From: an uncultured Clostridia bacterium
Lineage (GTDB): Bacteria; Bacillota; Clostridia; TANB77; CAG-508
DNA length: 64,000 nt
Direction of reading: 5' to 3'
NCBI GenBank assembly: GCA_947627605.1
Contig: CANQWU010000001.1
Location: 6,861 to 70,860 of the forward strand
How positions within the stretch are numbered: the stretch's first letter is position 1; each line of letters opens with the position of its first letter. This document shows positions 1 through 10,231 of this stretch, one piece after another. Under the pieces are notes generated by a model, which was not told the DNA's origin, did no database searches, and saw only the letters and a list, made by a program, of their open reading frames with translations. Made by a program: the position numbers and the translations under genes.

Positions 1-200
1 TCTATAAGTTTTTTTATAGAGTTATCATCAAGTCCGAAAAAACTTAAAAAAGCAACTTTAAAGACAATCTCCACATACTCTGCATCATCTTTTTTAGATA
101 TTTCTTGCAAAATTCTATTAGAAATAGCATTAAAAATTTGGTCTCCGTGCTTATTAGAAAAAAGATTACTAAAACTCATATCAAAAAAATCCATCATTCC
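1..200 (-). CDS. hypothetical protein, N-terminal part (gene runs off the window start)
   Basis: Minus-strand ORF starting at ATG ~198-200 (MDDFFDMSFSNLFSNKHGDQIF...), open to the window edge. Confidence 0.35.
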
Positions 201-245
201 CACTCCCTATATTTAAATATACTATACCACAAAAAATCATATCCA

Positions 246-366
246 TTACAATTTATTTGCTAAATAAATTAAATCTTCTTGCTCAGTAACAAGATATCCT
301 TTTGTTGTATTAAGGCTGCTATGTTCGCTCTTGATTCGAAACTTAATCTATATTATCATTTGAACA
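246..366. repeat. ~120-bp direct repeat of integrase 3' end/downstream region (partner at 1177-1318); candidate att site or remnant of a tandem element
   Basis: Near-identical stretch attacaatttatttgctaaa...ttgttgtattaaggct present at 246-366 and 1177-1318. The first copy has a degraded version of the integrase C-terminal codons. Confidence 0.6.
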
Positions 367-621
367 ATTAGATAATTTTAAGCCATATAAATTTATATAA
401 AAATCACAAGAATGGAAAATAACAAACAAATTATTCATAGAAATAAAAAGATGGTACCTTATAATAACAAAATTAAAAACGAATGCCCATACTAAAGAAA
501 AAATAGAGAACATTTTGCCTTATTAGTGGTTCAATATTCTCTATTAATATGATTTTTAACTAAAAAGTGGTTTTAAATTTTCTTATAGTTTTATTTTAGG
601 AGACCTTCTTTTAAATAATTT

Positions 622-855
622 TTATTTTTGTTTATATTCTTCTAATTGTTCTTCTAAAAAGGTTGATAATTTTTTTTCTGACTCGTACATAGAATAATTA
701 TCATAGGCTAACTTTTTCATATTGAAAAATAGAATAATCATAGTTATCAATGCAATTATAAATATAATATTAAAAGTTAATAATATTTTACTTAATTTAT
801 TCATACTTATATTCCCCCTTTTTTCATGGTTTTGCCAAAAATTAACAATTAACAT
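622..855 (-). CDS. small membrane protein (single TM), hypothetical
   Basis: 77-aa ORF with a hydrophobic core, lying between the two att-like repeats. Confidence 0.35.
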   Translation of the reverse strand: MLIVNFWQNHEKRGNISMNKLSKILLTFNIIFIIALITMIILFFNMKKLAYDNYSMYESEKKLSTFLEEQLEEYKQK

Positions 856-1176
856 TTTCTCAAAAAACCTTTTTCATTATAATTATATATCAAAAAAGGA
901 AAAAGTCAATATTAGTTTTTATTTTGGGAGGAATTTCGGATTTTTTTTACAAACTTAAATATATATTAAATATTCTAATTATTATTTGAATTAGAATTGT
1001 AATTAAAAAATTGAATATTTTATATTAAAATTTTGCCAAAGTATCAAATATTAACTAAAATTAGGATTTTTTCTTTATCTTTATTAGATTAATAAACTTT
1101 ACTCCACTTTTTTTACTAAAGTCAAAACCTAGACCTTATGCATAATCACACTGTACATATCTAGCCACTATTTTAT

Positions 1177-2049
1177 TACAATTTATTTGCTAAAGAAATT
1201 AAATCTTCTTGCTCAGTAACAAGATACCCTTTTGTTGTATTAAGGCTACTATGTCCGTGCTTGATTTGCAACTTGGTCTATACTATATCCTGCATTGTGT
1301 AAAGCATTTGAACAAAAAAATGACCTTAACATATGTGGATGCAATTTTTCTATTTTGCATAAATCTTTATATTTATTTAATAATCTATTACAAAAATTCC
1401 TATTAAGTGGCTCTTTATTGCTTCTATTTTTCTGTCCCACAAATAAGTAAGGATTAACAGTATCTATTGACTTTCTTTCTTCCATATATTCGGATAAAGC
1501 ATCATACATTGAATTGTTTATTACTATCTGTCTAAATTTATTCCCTTTTCCTATAATATTTATAAACTTTTCTTCTAGTTTTATATCTATTAACCTAATT
1601 GTAACTATCTCACTTTCTCTAAGTCCACCATATATAAGTATTGATAAAAAACAAAAATCTCTTTTGGCATTCTTTTCATCTCTACAAGCAAAGTGTTTTA
1701 ATTTGTTTATTTCTTGCACTGACGGAATTGTCTTACTTATCATTGATTTTTGTACTTTTATATAGTCTTTATCTAATATAACAACATCATTTTGTACTCC
1801 CTCATCAATTAAAAATAAATTATACTGTTTTAATGCTGCAATTTTTCTATTTATACTTAAACTTGAAATATTACTTTTTAGCAAGAAACTGCAATACATT
1901 TTTACATCTGCATGAACAAGAGTATTTAATTCTTCACCATAAGAGTCTTCATAATACTGTTTAAATATTTTGACATCAGTTGCGTAACTATTATATGTGT
2001 TTTCTGATAGTCCTTGTTTTTTCATGTAATTTATAAATTGTTCTAGCAT
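1177..2049 (-). CDS. int: tyrosine site-specific integrase (Xer/phage-integrase family), needs +1 shift at a CGG codon (plus-strand CCG 1255-1257)
   Basis: R..HxxR box (HPHMLRSFF), then ...QVANQA-[CGG]. The zero frame stops after ART*. The +1 frame reads GHSSLNTTKGYLV..., restoring the conserved LGHSS...TT..Y catalytic-Tyr segment. Confidence 0.85.
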
Positions 2050-2068
2050 CTCTCTTCCCCCCTTTCAT

Positions 2069-2182
2069 TTATGTTACATTTTTTCAATACCATTTTACTC
2101 ATTTATGTTACATTTTTATAATGAATTTTATCAAAAACAATTTGTAAATGTATCATAAGTGTAATTATGTTACATTTTTTTG
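2069..2182. promoter_or_regulatory. three direct copies of TTATGTTACATTTTT just upstream of int; candidate arm-type integrase/Xis or repressor binding sites
   Basis: ttatgttacattttt occurs at ~2069, ~2103 and ~2166. Confidence 0.45.
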
Positions 2183-2232
2183 TTTTTATAAAATTACTCC
2201 ATATATCACATATAGAGTAACTTATATGTAAG

Positions 2233-2568
2233 TTAATAACATTTGAAATCATTTTCAACATATTTCTCTATTTCTGGAATAACATCTGCTTGTACTCTTA
2301 ATATATTTCCTGGTGGAAATAATTTTGATGTTCCTGGTACAAATGCAATATCTATCATCATAGCAATTTGTTTTACATCCAACCCAAAGTAATGCAATGC
2401 AATAGAGTAATATGTTACGAAAAAATAATGAAATAAGTATTCATCTGTATCTGATTCTTTTTTTATTTTTAATGGAACTGTTATTTTTCTACATATCTTT
2501 TTTGTCAAGCGTTCAAATTCTTCTCTGCCATACTTTGCTATCCAATAAGTAAAATAATATTTATACAT
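2233..2568 (-). CDS. hypothetical protein
   Basis: 111-aa ORF, no recognisable motif. Confidence 0.35.
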   Translation of the reverse strand: MYKYYFTYWIAKYGREEFERLTKKICRKITVPLKIKKESDTDEYLFHYFFVTYYSIALHYFGLDVKQIAMMIDIAFVPGTSKLFPPGNILRVQADVIPEIEKYVENDFKCY

Positions 2569-2837
2569 TATTCTCTCCCCTTTCCGTTTGTATTGTATAA
2601 AATTTAAAGATAAATAGGAACGATGAAGAAAAATTTTTTTAATTTGCTAGATATATTCTTGCAGTAAGCATATAGAGATTTTCAGAAAAATAAATTTTTA
2701 TTCCCTATAAAAATCTTTGAAAAAGTCCTAAAAATCAAGCAAAAAAATTTTTTTCACGCGTTTATTGAATTTTCAAATAAAACTCTATAAAATATAATTG
2801 TGTATAAAGATTATGTTATAGATTTTTCTATAACTAC

Positions 2838-2853
2838 CCACAAATATTTGTGG
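2838..2853. promoter_or_regulatory. perfect 16-bp palindrome CCACAAATATTTGTGG in a long AT-rich intergenic region; candidate operator
   Basis: Self-complementary 8+8 bp, ~250 bp upstream of the first gene of the plus-strand block. Confidence 0.4.
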
Positions 2854-3103
2854 CATAGCTATTAAAATTTAGTTAATAGCAGTACATCTACATTATATAT
2901 GTAGCATAAAATTGGGATTTAGGCAGATATAAATATATAGATTATTTGTTATGCCTTAAATAAAAAGAAAGTAAGAATTTGAAGTGATATTCCCCCTATC
3001 ACTAAAAATATACTTGCTTTCTCTTTTTTTACCCAAAATTAAAGGAAAGGAGGATTATTAAAAAAATCTTTTACACAAAAATTATGGAAGGAGATTTTAA
3101 ATT

Positions 3104-3466
3104 ATGGGAAGTGGTTTCAACTTTGAACTATACGAAATGGTATTTGAAAAATGCTTTATTCATAGTTCAAGATACAAGAACGGAAATTTACAACTTAGTT
3201 TATTTGGAATTGATCCAGAAACAAATGAAACAGCACATTTTGCAGATATAACACTAGACCAAAATCGTAGGTTATTAAAAGAAAATGAAATTGTTGTAGA
3301 CTGTCTATACAAACCTACTCTAATTCCTCAATTAAAAGAATTAGGTATTTTAAAAGAACAAATTGGTATTTGTGTTATAAACAATGTAATTTACCCTATT
3401 TATACGGTAAATTTGACAAATATTTGTAAAAAACAATACTGTATGCAAGAATTAATTGCTGCATAA
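3104..3466 (+). CDS. hypothetical protein (C-terminus ...IAA)
   Basis: ORF with RBS aaggaaaggagg; ends Ala-Ala-stop (gctgcataa). Confidence 0.5.
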   Translation: MGSGFNFELYEMVFEKCFIHSSRYKNGNLQLSLFGIDPETNETAHFADITLDQNRRLLKENEIVVDCLYKPTLIPQLKELGILKEQIGICVINNVIYPIYTVNLTNICKKQYCMQELIAA

Positions 3467-3487
3467 GAAGAAAGGAAGGTTTAAAAA

Positions 3488-4660
3488 ATGGAACAAACAA
3501 AATTAGTAAATTTACCTCTTATTGGTAATGTGCAACATGGAGAGAAAATCGACAACAAAGTAAAAGAGTATGGCTACTTTATAGCAAAAACAAAAAATAC
3601 TCATATGCAATCATACATAGAAAAATTCGATAAACTTTTTAAAGGAAAACAGAGCATTGAAATTGAATTCTTTTGTGAAGAGCCATTGACTAAAAAATAT
3701 GTAAGATATAATCAAAGTGGCGAAGTATGTCGCTGTCCTGAAAATTCAAATCAAGCAACACAAAAAGTTAAAAATGGATGGCAACAAATTGAATGTAAAG
3801 GTTCTGAATGTCAATACAGGCAAAAAAATGAAGCTGGAAAATGTGCGTGCAATCGCATAGGATGGCTAAAATTTTTAATACCTAGCATCAGTACAGACCG
3901 TATTTTTTTAATGAAAATTACAGGTCAAACCTCTATAAATCAATTAGACAATTATATTAAACTACAAAAAATTCAAGGAAAATCTATTAAAGGTCTTTAC
4001 ACTTTATTCTTATATCAAAAAGAACAGACAAATAGTTTATGCGAAACTCACAAAAATTATCTTGTTGATATCGTAAAAAAAGATGAATTTGATTCAAACA
4101 AACCAATTCCACAAAATACTCAAAATGAAAAAGAACTATCCACAATTAACACTCAAAATGTGAATAACAAAGCCGAAAAACAAAAAATAACTCAAATTGC
4201 TGCAAATAAGTCTACTACTTCTACAATTCAAAAACAAACGCAAAATGTAGAGACTGAAAAAACAGCAGATACTAAAACTACTACAAAAAGTGAGACGAAA
4301 ACATCAGCTAAAAAAGAAATAAAAAGCAAATCTAAAAAGGATAATGCAAAATCACAAGACAAAGTAACTGAAACATCTGAAAAAACTGAAAAAGTAGATT
4401 TAGATAATTGCTACGCATTATTAAGAACTTTCACAAAAAAAATCGTATATAACGGACAACCAAAAGAATATACAATGGGAGAATTTGCTGATATGAATGA
4501 CAAAATTTCTGAAATCGCTGTTAAACCTGAGGATGCTAAAGAATTATTAGAATGCGATTTAGGAACATTTGTAAGACTAGAAATTAAGGATGTTGGAAAT
4601 ATAAAATTTGCAGTAAATTTAGAATTTATTGAAAAAGCTACTAAAAAAATAGCAGCATAA
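3488..4660 (+). CDS. hypothetical protein with Cys-rich zinc-ribbon-like N-domain and K/T/E-rich low-complexity linker (C-terminus ...KIAA)
   Basis: CRCPENS...C.GSECQ...CAC motifs; RBS gaaggaagg; ends AA-stop. Confidence 0.5.
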   Translation: MEQTKLVNLPLIGNVQHGEKIDNKVKEYGYFIAKTKNTHMQSYIEKFDKLFKGKQSIEIEFFCEEPLTKKYVRYNQSGEVCRCPENSNQATQKVKNGWQQIECKGSECQYRQKNEAGKCACNRIGWLKFLIPSISTDRIFLMKITGQTSINQLDNYIKLQKIQGKSIKGLYTLFLYQKEQTNSLCETHKNYLVDIVKKDEFDSNKPIPQNTQNEKELSTINTQNVNNKAEKQKITQIAANKSTTSTIQKQTQNVETEKTADTKTTTKSETKTSAKKEIKSKSKKDNAKSQDKVTETSEKTEKVDLDNCYALLRTFTKKIVYNGQPKEYTMGEFADMNDKISEIAVKPEDAKELLECDLGTFVRLEIKDVGNIKFAVNLEFIEKATKKIAA

Positions 4661-4771
4661 GCAGGAGCTCTTATACTACTATTCATAAAAGTTGCAAATC
4701 TTAACTTTACTTTATTATACATAAATAAAAATCAAAAGTAAATATTCAAGTAAAAAAAGGAGAATTTTGCC

Positions 4772-4981
4772 ATGTTTAATGAATTTAAGAACGGCAGTAA
4801 GGTTATTGTAAATGGAACAGGGCAAAATAATGGAAAAGTCTATAAAAATGTACCTGCAAAAATAATTGAGCGAGATCCTTATTATTTGGACTATCATGTT
4901 CAATTCAAAGATGGCACAGAAGATTGGATTTTACCAAAAGATTTACGAAAACCTTACTCTAGGAAAGGAAAAAGGAGATAA
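4772..4981 (+). CDS. small hypothetical protein (69 aa)
   Basis: ORF with RBS aaaaaggagaatt, immediately upstream of the ATPase gene. Confidence 0.4.
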   Translation: MFNEFKNGSKVIVNGTGQNNGKVYKNVPAKIIERDPYYLDYHVQFKDGTEDWILPKDLRKPYSRKGKRR

Positions 4982-4985
4982 AATT

Positions 4986-6686
4986 ATGAAAGTTAATTAT
5001 GTGAAAACTATTGGGTTTAGAAAATTCCAAAAATTATTTGAAACAGAACTTTATGATGTTACAAACATAAGTGGAAAGAATCGTTCTGGAAAAAGCAATG
5101 TCTTATTTGCAATTATCAATATTGTTTTAGGTACTAATTTATCTGGAGACGAAAAAGCTTGTCTTATAAATAAAAAATGTGATGCTTCTTATGGAGAATT
5201 ACATTTTACAGATAATGCAGGAACAGAACATGTTTTAATTCGTGGAAGACATAGATACGATAATAGTCAAAACTTTATTACTTTAGATGGAAAAGCTATT
5301 ACTCAAAGAGATTTAATAAGTGTTTATAAGGACAAAAAATTATTTTTATCAATATTAAATCCACTATACTTTTTATCTAAGAAACCAGCAGAACAAAAAG
5401 AATTTGTTGACAAATATTTATCAGATATATGTCCTAAAAACTTAATGGATTTAGTTTATAACAAATTAAGTGTGGAAGAACAAAAGCTTTTAGAAGAAAT
5501 ACCTGAAGATATACCAAAATATATCACAGACTTAAATGCTGATATAAAAAAATTTGGTAATACTATTACTGCTTTAAATGGAAAAATCGAGTATGCTCAA
5601 AACATTGCAGATGAAAAATTAGAAAAAGTTAAATCATTTGAAAAAGACGAAGAATTATCACTCGCCAGACAAGAACTTGCTTACCTAAATACTAACCAAA
5701 CTATTATTGATAAAGAAAAGCAAAAACAAGTAATAGAAAGCTTGGAAAAGGATATTTTATCTAAAGAAACCGAATTCAATGAACTTGAAACATCTATGAA
5801 AGTTGGTAAGAAAAAATATCTTGAAATTAAAACTGGTGCATCTTCTATATGTCCTACTTGTTATCAGCATATACAAGATGAAAGCAAGAAAAAAACTATT
5901 GCAAATATGTATAATGATTTAATTTCTAAATATGATAAAAAAAATCTACTAGAAGCACAAATAAAAGATTTAAAATTAAAACTAGCTACTGAAAAATGTA
6001 AATATCACGCATTAGACGGAAATCCTACTATTGAAAAAAGCAAAAGAATTGCTATTATAGAGCAAAATATTAAGCAATTAGAAAACGAAAAACTAGAAAT
6101 TGAAAAATTTAATAATCAAATTGCTCTAAAAGGAAATTCTATAAAAAATGCTAAAGCAGATATTTCAAATTTTAATGCTCAAAAGCAGATGTATTCAAAA
6201 AGTATTGATAATCTGAATAAAGCCAAAAAGGTTGCTCAAAAACTATATATTTCTTACATTGAAGAAAAATTAAAACTAGCAAGACAATATTTAAAGGATG
6301 TAGATATAAAATTTTATTCTGTTCTAAAAACTACTGGCGAAATAAAAGAAGATTTTATAATTACATATAAAGGCAATCCTCTATCAGATTTATCAAGGTC
6401 AGAAACCATTGCTACAGCTTTAGAATTTGCTAATATGTTTAATCAAATAAGTAGAGTAAATTTCCCTATTTTTATTGACGATTATGAATGTTGTGCAGAT
6501 TATGACTTCATAAAATATTATGCTCCAAATACACAACTTATCATATCAAAAGTAGAAAAAGGAAATTCACTTAAAATTGCAGATTATAATAATATCAATA
6601 ATTACAAAATTATTAAACCTATTATAAAAGGATGCAAAACAATATCTATAAACAAAAATAATGTAGCAGAAAAAAAGGCTGCATAA
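4986..6686 (+). CDS. SMC/Rad50/SbcC-family ATPase with coiled coil and CxxC zinc-hook (C-terminus ...KKAA)
   Basis: Walker A GKNRSGKS near the N-terminus, long coiled-coil middle, CPTCYQ hook motif, Walker-B-like FIDDYE near the C-terminus; RBS ggaaaaaggag before ATG 4986. Confidence 0.65.
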   Translation: MKVNYVKTIGFRKFQKLFETELYDVTNISGKNRSGKSNVLFAIINIVLGTNLSGDEKACLINKKCDASYGELHFTDNAGTEHVLIRGRHRYDNSQNFITLDGKAITQRDLISVYKDKKLFLSILNPLYFLSKKPAEQKEFVDKYLSDICPKNLMDLVYNKLSVEEQKLLEEIPEDIPKYITDLNADIKKFGNTITALNGKIEYAQNIADEKLEKVKSFEKDEELSLARQELAYLNTNQTIIDKEKQKQVIESLEKDILSKETEFNELETSMKVGKKKYLEIKTGASSICPTCYQHIQDESKKKTIANMYNDLISKYDKKNLLEAQIKDLKLKLATEKCKYHALDGNPTIEKSKRIAIIEQNIKQLENEKLEIEKFNNQIALKGNSIKNAKADISNFNAQKQMYSKSIDNLNKAKKVAQKLYISYIEEKLKLARQYLKDVDIKFYSVLKTTGEIKEDFIITYKGNPLSDLSRSETIATALEFANMFNQISRVNFPIFIDDYECCADYDFIKYYAPNTQLIISKVEKGNSLKIADYNNINNYKIIKPIIKGCKTISINKNNVAEKKAA

Positions 6687-6740
6687 CAAGAAAAGACAGA
6701 GAAATCTGTCTTTTTCTTGTAGATAAGATTGGAGGGAAAT

Positions 6741-7527
6741 ATGTATGAAGAACGATTAAAAGTCTTTACTGAATTATATGGCAAGTTATCGGCTATGTAT
6801 GGAAATGTGTTTATGGATTTTGTAAAAATGTGTGCAATTTCAATATATAATTCATTTACTAAAAATCCGGAAATGGAACAAGAATATCTAAAAACTATTA
6901 ATAGTTATAAAAAGGAGCATCAAAAAATCTTCCCTAAAATGTTTGGAGAACTAATTATGATGTTTGAAGAATCTGAAGAAATAAAAGATATTTTAGGTCC
7001 ATTTTATGAAAGTCAACATTTAGGCAACAGCCATCTAGGTCAATTTTTTACCCCTAGTCATATATCAGATTTGATGGCAAAAATAACAATTGGAGATGAA
7101 AACACATTAAAAAAGAAAATTGAAGAAAGAGGTTTTATAGGACTAAATGAGCCTACTTGTCGGTGCAGGTGGAATGATACTTTCATTTGCAAAAGCATTA
7201 AAAAGTATAAATATCAATTATCAAAAAGATTTATTAGTAGAAGCAACTGATATTTCTGATACATGTGCTTATATGGCCTATATTCAATTATCTTTATATG
7301 GAATACCTGCAATTGTGTATTGTGGTAATACATTAACACGAGAAGTACGATTTAAAATGGAAACCCCACTATATTACTTGCAATATTGGAAATTCCAAAA
7401 ATTCTATGAGCAAAAAAATCAGGACAAAGAAAATAAAAGCAAAATTATTATTCAAAAACCAATAGAAAAAGAAAATTTATTAAAGGAAGTTACTATCAAA
7501 GGGAACAGTCAGCTCTCTTTGTGGTAA
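6741..7527 (+). CDS. N6-adenine DNA methyltransferase-like SAM-binding fragment (no NPPF/DPPY catalytic motif), +1 shift at CGG 7161-7163
   Basis: GQFFTP motif, then EPTC-[CGG]. The +1 frame gives G-AGGMIL (the DPxCGSGG motif I). The HsdM-like motif LVEATDIS...YGIPAIVYCGNTL follows. Confidence 0.6.
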
Positions 7528-7548
7528 ACGAAAGGAAGGAAAATACAT

Positions 7549-7965
7549 ATGAAAATTAAAGTTTTATTAGTTATGCCTGGAAGAGAGGCACAAGTTGTAA
7601 AAATACCAGCAAGTATAAAATACATCAAAGCATTTATTGGAGAAAATCTATTTAGGATTAAACTAAGTGCCAACACGGTACTTATTGCAAACAAGGATGC
7701 AGCTCATGACGAATTTAATAGAATTGTTGGCTCAAATATTATACTAGGAACATTTTTTGTTGTATCTATAAAAAACATGCACAGAGTTTCTATGAAAAAG
7801 AAAGACATCAGAAAATATACTAATATGTTTAAACTTAGAAAACACCAAAGGAAAATAGATATTTACAAAGAGGAATATCTTGAAGAATATTATTCAAATC
7901 AAAGAAAAATGAAACAAAAAAATGCAAAGCGTAATAAACAAGAATTGTTTAAAATCGCTGCATAA
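7549..7965 (+). CDS. hypothetical protein (C-terminus ...KIAA)
   Basis: 138-aa ORF with RBS; AA-stop. Confidence 0.45.
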   Translation: MKIKVLLVMPGREAQVVKIPASIKYIKAFIGENLFRIKLSANTVLIANKDAAHDEFNRIVGSNIILGTFFVVSIKNMHRVSMKKKDIRKYTNMFKLRKHQRKIDIYKEEYLEEYYSNQRKMKQKNAKRNKQELFKIAA

Positions 7966-7986
7966 AAAGAAAGGAATGATTTAATT

Positions 7987-8271
7987 ATGAACAAATATGA
8001 AACAGTAATGATTTTAGATTGTAATATTTCTGAAGAAGACAGAAAAAATGCAATAGAAAAGATAAAAAACTATATCGAAAAAAATGGAGAAATTAGAAAA
8101 ACTGAAGATATAGGCAAAAGAAAATTAGCTTATGAAGTTAAGAAAAATAAAGAAGGCTACTACTATATTATAGAATTTACAACAAATCCTGAAAATATCG
8201 CAGAATTGGAGAGGATTTATAGGATTACAGATGAGATTTTAAAATTTATAGTAGTTAGACAAGATGATTAA
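7987..8271 (+). CDS. rpsF: ribosomal protein S6 homolog encoded inside the element
   Basis: 94 aa MNKYETVMILDCNISEEDRK...GKRKLAYEV...GYYYIIEF...LERIYRITDEILKFIVV matches the S6 family pattern. Lies directly upstream of ssb, as in the rpsF-ssb-rpsR operon, but no rpsR follows. Confidence 0.7.
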   Translation: MNKYETVMILDCNISEEDRKNAIEKIKNYIEKNGEIRKTEDIGKRKLAYEVKKNKEGYYYIIEFTTNPENIAELERIYRITDEILKFIVVRQDD

Positions 8272-8289
8272 GGAAAGGAAGGTATTACA

Positions 8290-8715
8290 ATGAATAAAAC
8301 AATTTTATTAGGAAGATTAACTAAAAAACCTGAAATAAGGTATTCACAAGCAAATAATATAAAGGTTGCAAATTTTACACTAGCTGTAAATAGGCAATAT
8401 GTAAAACCGGGTGAAGAAAGGCAAACTGATTTTATAAATATCGTTGCGTACTCTAAACTTGCTGATTTTACAGAAAAATACTTAGATAAAGGACTACAAA
8501 TATGTGTATGTGGTAGAATTCAAACTCGTGTATGGACTGACGATAGTAACACAAAACATTATATAACTGAAATTATTGCTGAAGAAATTAATTTTGCTGA
8601 CAGTCCTAAAAAAGCCGATGAAAATATCTTAAACAGTTCTACTCCAGTTAATTCACAAACACCAGAAATCACTGATGGCGATATTATATCCGGTGATGAC
8701 GATTTACCATTTTAA
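8290..8715 (+). CDS. ssb: single-stranded DNA-binding protein
   Basis: OB-fold N-domain (MNKTILLGRLTKKPEIRYS...) and acidic C-terminal tail DDDLPF. Confidence 0.9.
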   Translation: MNKTILLGRLTKKPEIRYSQANNIKVANFTLAVNRQYVKPGEERQTDFINIVAYSKLADFTEKYLDKGLQICVCGRIQTRVWTDDSNTKHYITEIIAEEINFADSPKKADENILNSSTPVNSQTPEITDGDIISGDDDLPF

Positions 8716-8769
8716 ATCTTGATATTTTTTGAAATTTATAATATAATAGTTTTGAAAGGAGCAAATTGT

Positions 8770-9115
8770 ATGAATAATTTACCTATAAATATTCAACAGT
8801 CTATAAATAAATTTGTTACAGAATGTAACAGAATTTTAGGAAATAGATTAAAGAAAATTATTCTATATGGTTCTTATGCAAGGCGGAGATTATAATAATT
8901 CATCAGACATAGATATATTAGTATTAACTGATTATAAACCATCTCAATTCTATTCTGTATTAAAGAAACTATCTAATATGACTTATGATATAGAATTAGA
9001 TTATAATGTAATCTTAATACCTCTAATTAATAATATAAAAAGTTATAATGATGAAGCAGATACAATTCCTTTTTATGCGAATATCCAGAAGGAAGGAGTT
9101 GTTTTAAGTGAGTAA
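8770..9115 (+). CDS. MNT-type nucleotidyltransferase (MntA/HepT-pair NTase), +1 shift at CGG 8884-8886
   Basis: ILYGSYAR-[CGG]. The +1 frame gives G-DYNNSSDIDILVLTD, the GS...D.D NTase signature. The zero frame stops 2 codons later. Confidence 0.75.
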
Positions 9116-9557
9116 AAAAATATCAACAGGCTTATGTATAAATAGATTAAACGCTGGAAAAGAAAAATTGGCTGTTTGCAAATTACTATGTGAAGCTGGA
9201 TATTATAAAGATGCAAATAATAGGGCTTATTATTCAATATTTAATTCTATTAGAGCAATACTATCTACTGTTCCAATAGATTTTAAAAGACATAAAGATG
9301 TAATTGCATATTTTAATCAAAATTTTGTAAAAACAGAAATTTTTCCAAAAGAATTAGGACACAGAATTTCATTAGCAAATGCAGTTAGAGAAGATAGCGA
9401 TTATTTAGATTCATATATGATAAATAAAAAGGAAACTGAAGAACAAATAGAAACAGCAAAAGATGTTTCAAAATATGCAGAAGAATATATCAGAAAATGG
9501 TTAAAAGAACATACAGATTTATCTGATAATGAGATAGATAAACAAATTATAAAATAA
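9108..9557 (+). CDS. HEPN-domain protein, partner of the upstream MNT (toxin-antitoxin-like pair)
   Basis: 149 aa, overlaps the MNT stop; R(E)DSDY-containing HEPN-like helix bundle; classic MNT-HEPN gene order. Confidence 0.55.
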   Translation: MSKKISTGLCINRLNAGKEKLAVCKLLCEAGYYKDANNRAYYSIFNSIRAILSTVPIDFKRHKDVIAYFNQNFVKTEIFPKELGHRISLANAVREDSDYLDSYMINKKETEEQIETAKDVSKYAEEYIRKWLKEHTDLSDNEIDKQIIK

Positions 9558-9607
9558 AATTTAATAAAGAATAAATTAAGAAAGATATTAAACTTATCTT
9601 TCTTTTT

Positions 9608-9934
9608 TTGTTCCTAGAATGGAGGAAATTAAAAATGAAATTACATATAAGAAGTTTCGATGATTATGGTGATTTACCACAAAATTATTTAGAAGTTATA
9701 AAAAAATATGCTAAAAATGGTAATGTAGAATTAATCACAGATGACGAAAACAAAATAGCAATAATAGAAGTTGATTCTTTAGACATATTACCAAAATTTG
9801 AAAATGATATAAGAGAAGCTAGAGGTGTTGCTAAAAGTTTTGATTTTGCTGATATTCATGGACTTATCTTTAATACTCTTGATGAAAAAGAAAAAGTATA
9901 TCAAGTTGATATTTATGATAGTTATATAGAATAA
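9608..9934 (+). CDS. hypothetical protein
   Basis: 108-aa ORF with RBS gaatggagg. Confidence 0.4.
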   Translation: MFLEWRKLKMKLHIRSFDDYGDLPQNYLEVIKKYAKNGNVELITDDENKIAIIEVDSLDILPKFENDIREARGVAKSFDFADIHGLIFNTLDEKEKVYQVDIYDSYIE

Positions 9935-9952
9935 AGAAAGGAGTAAAAAACT

Positions 9953-10228
9953 ATGGAAACAAATATTATAAGTGTAAAATATGAGGACAATTATGAGCCT
10001 AAAACATTTGGAGGAAAAGCATACAGTTATTATACTGCAAGAAATGTAGAAGTAGGAGATTTAGTAATTGCACCAACTGCAAATGGCGATAAAATTGCAA
10101 GAGTGTCAGAAATCAATATTCCAGAATATAAAGTAGAAATGATTAAACCATATTTAAAATTGATTACAGATAAAATTGACAAGCAGAAATACTTAGAAAA
10201 TAGTCAAATTATGAAAGAGGCTGCATAG
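9953..10228 (+). CDS. hypothetical protein (C-terminus ...KEAA)
   Basis: 91-aa ORF with RBS aaaggag; AA-stop (gctgcatag). Confidence 0.4.
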   Translation: METNIISVKYEDNYEPKTFGGKAYSYYTARNVEVGDLVIAPTANGDKIARVSEINIPEYKVEMIKPYLKLITDKIDKQKYLENSQIMKEAA

Positions 10229-10231
10229 GTT

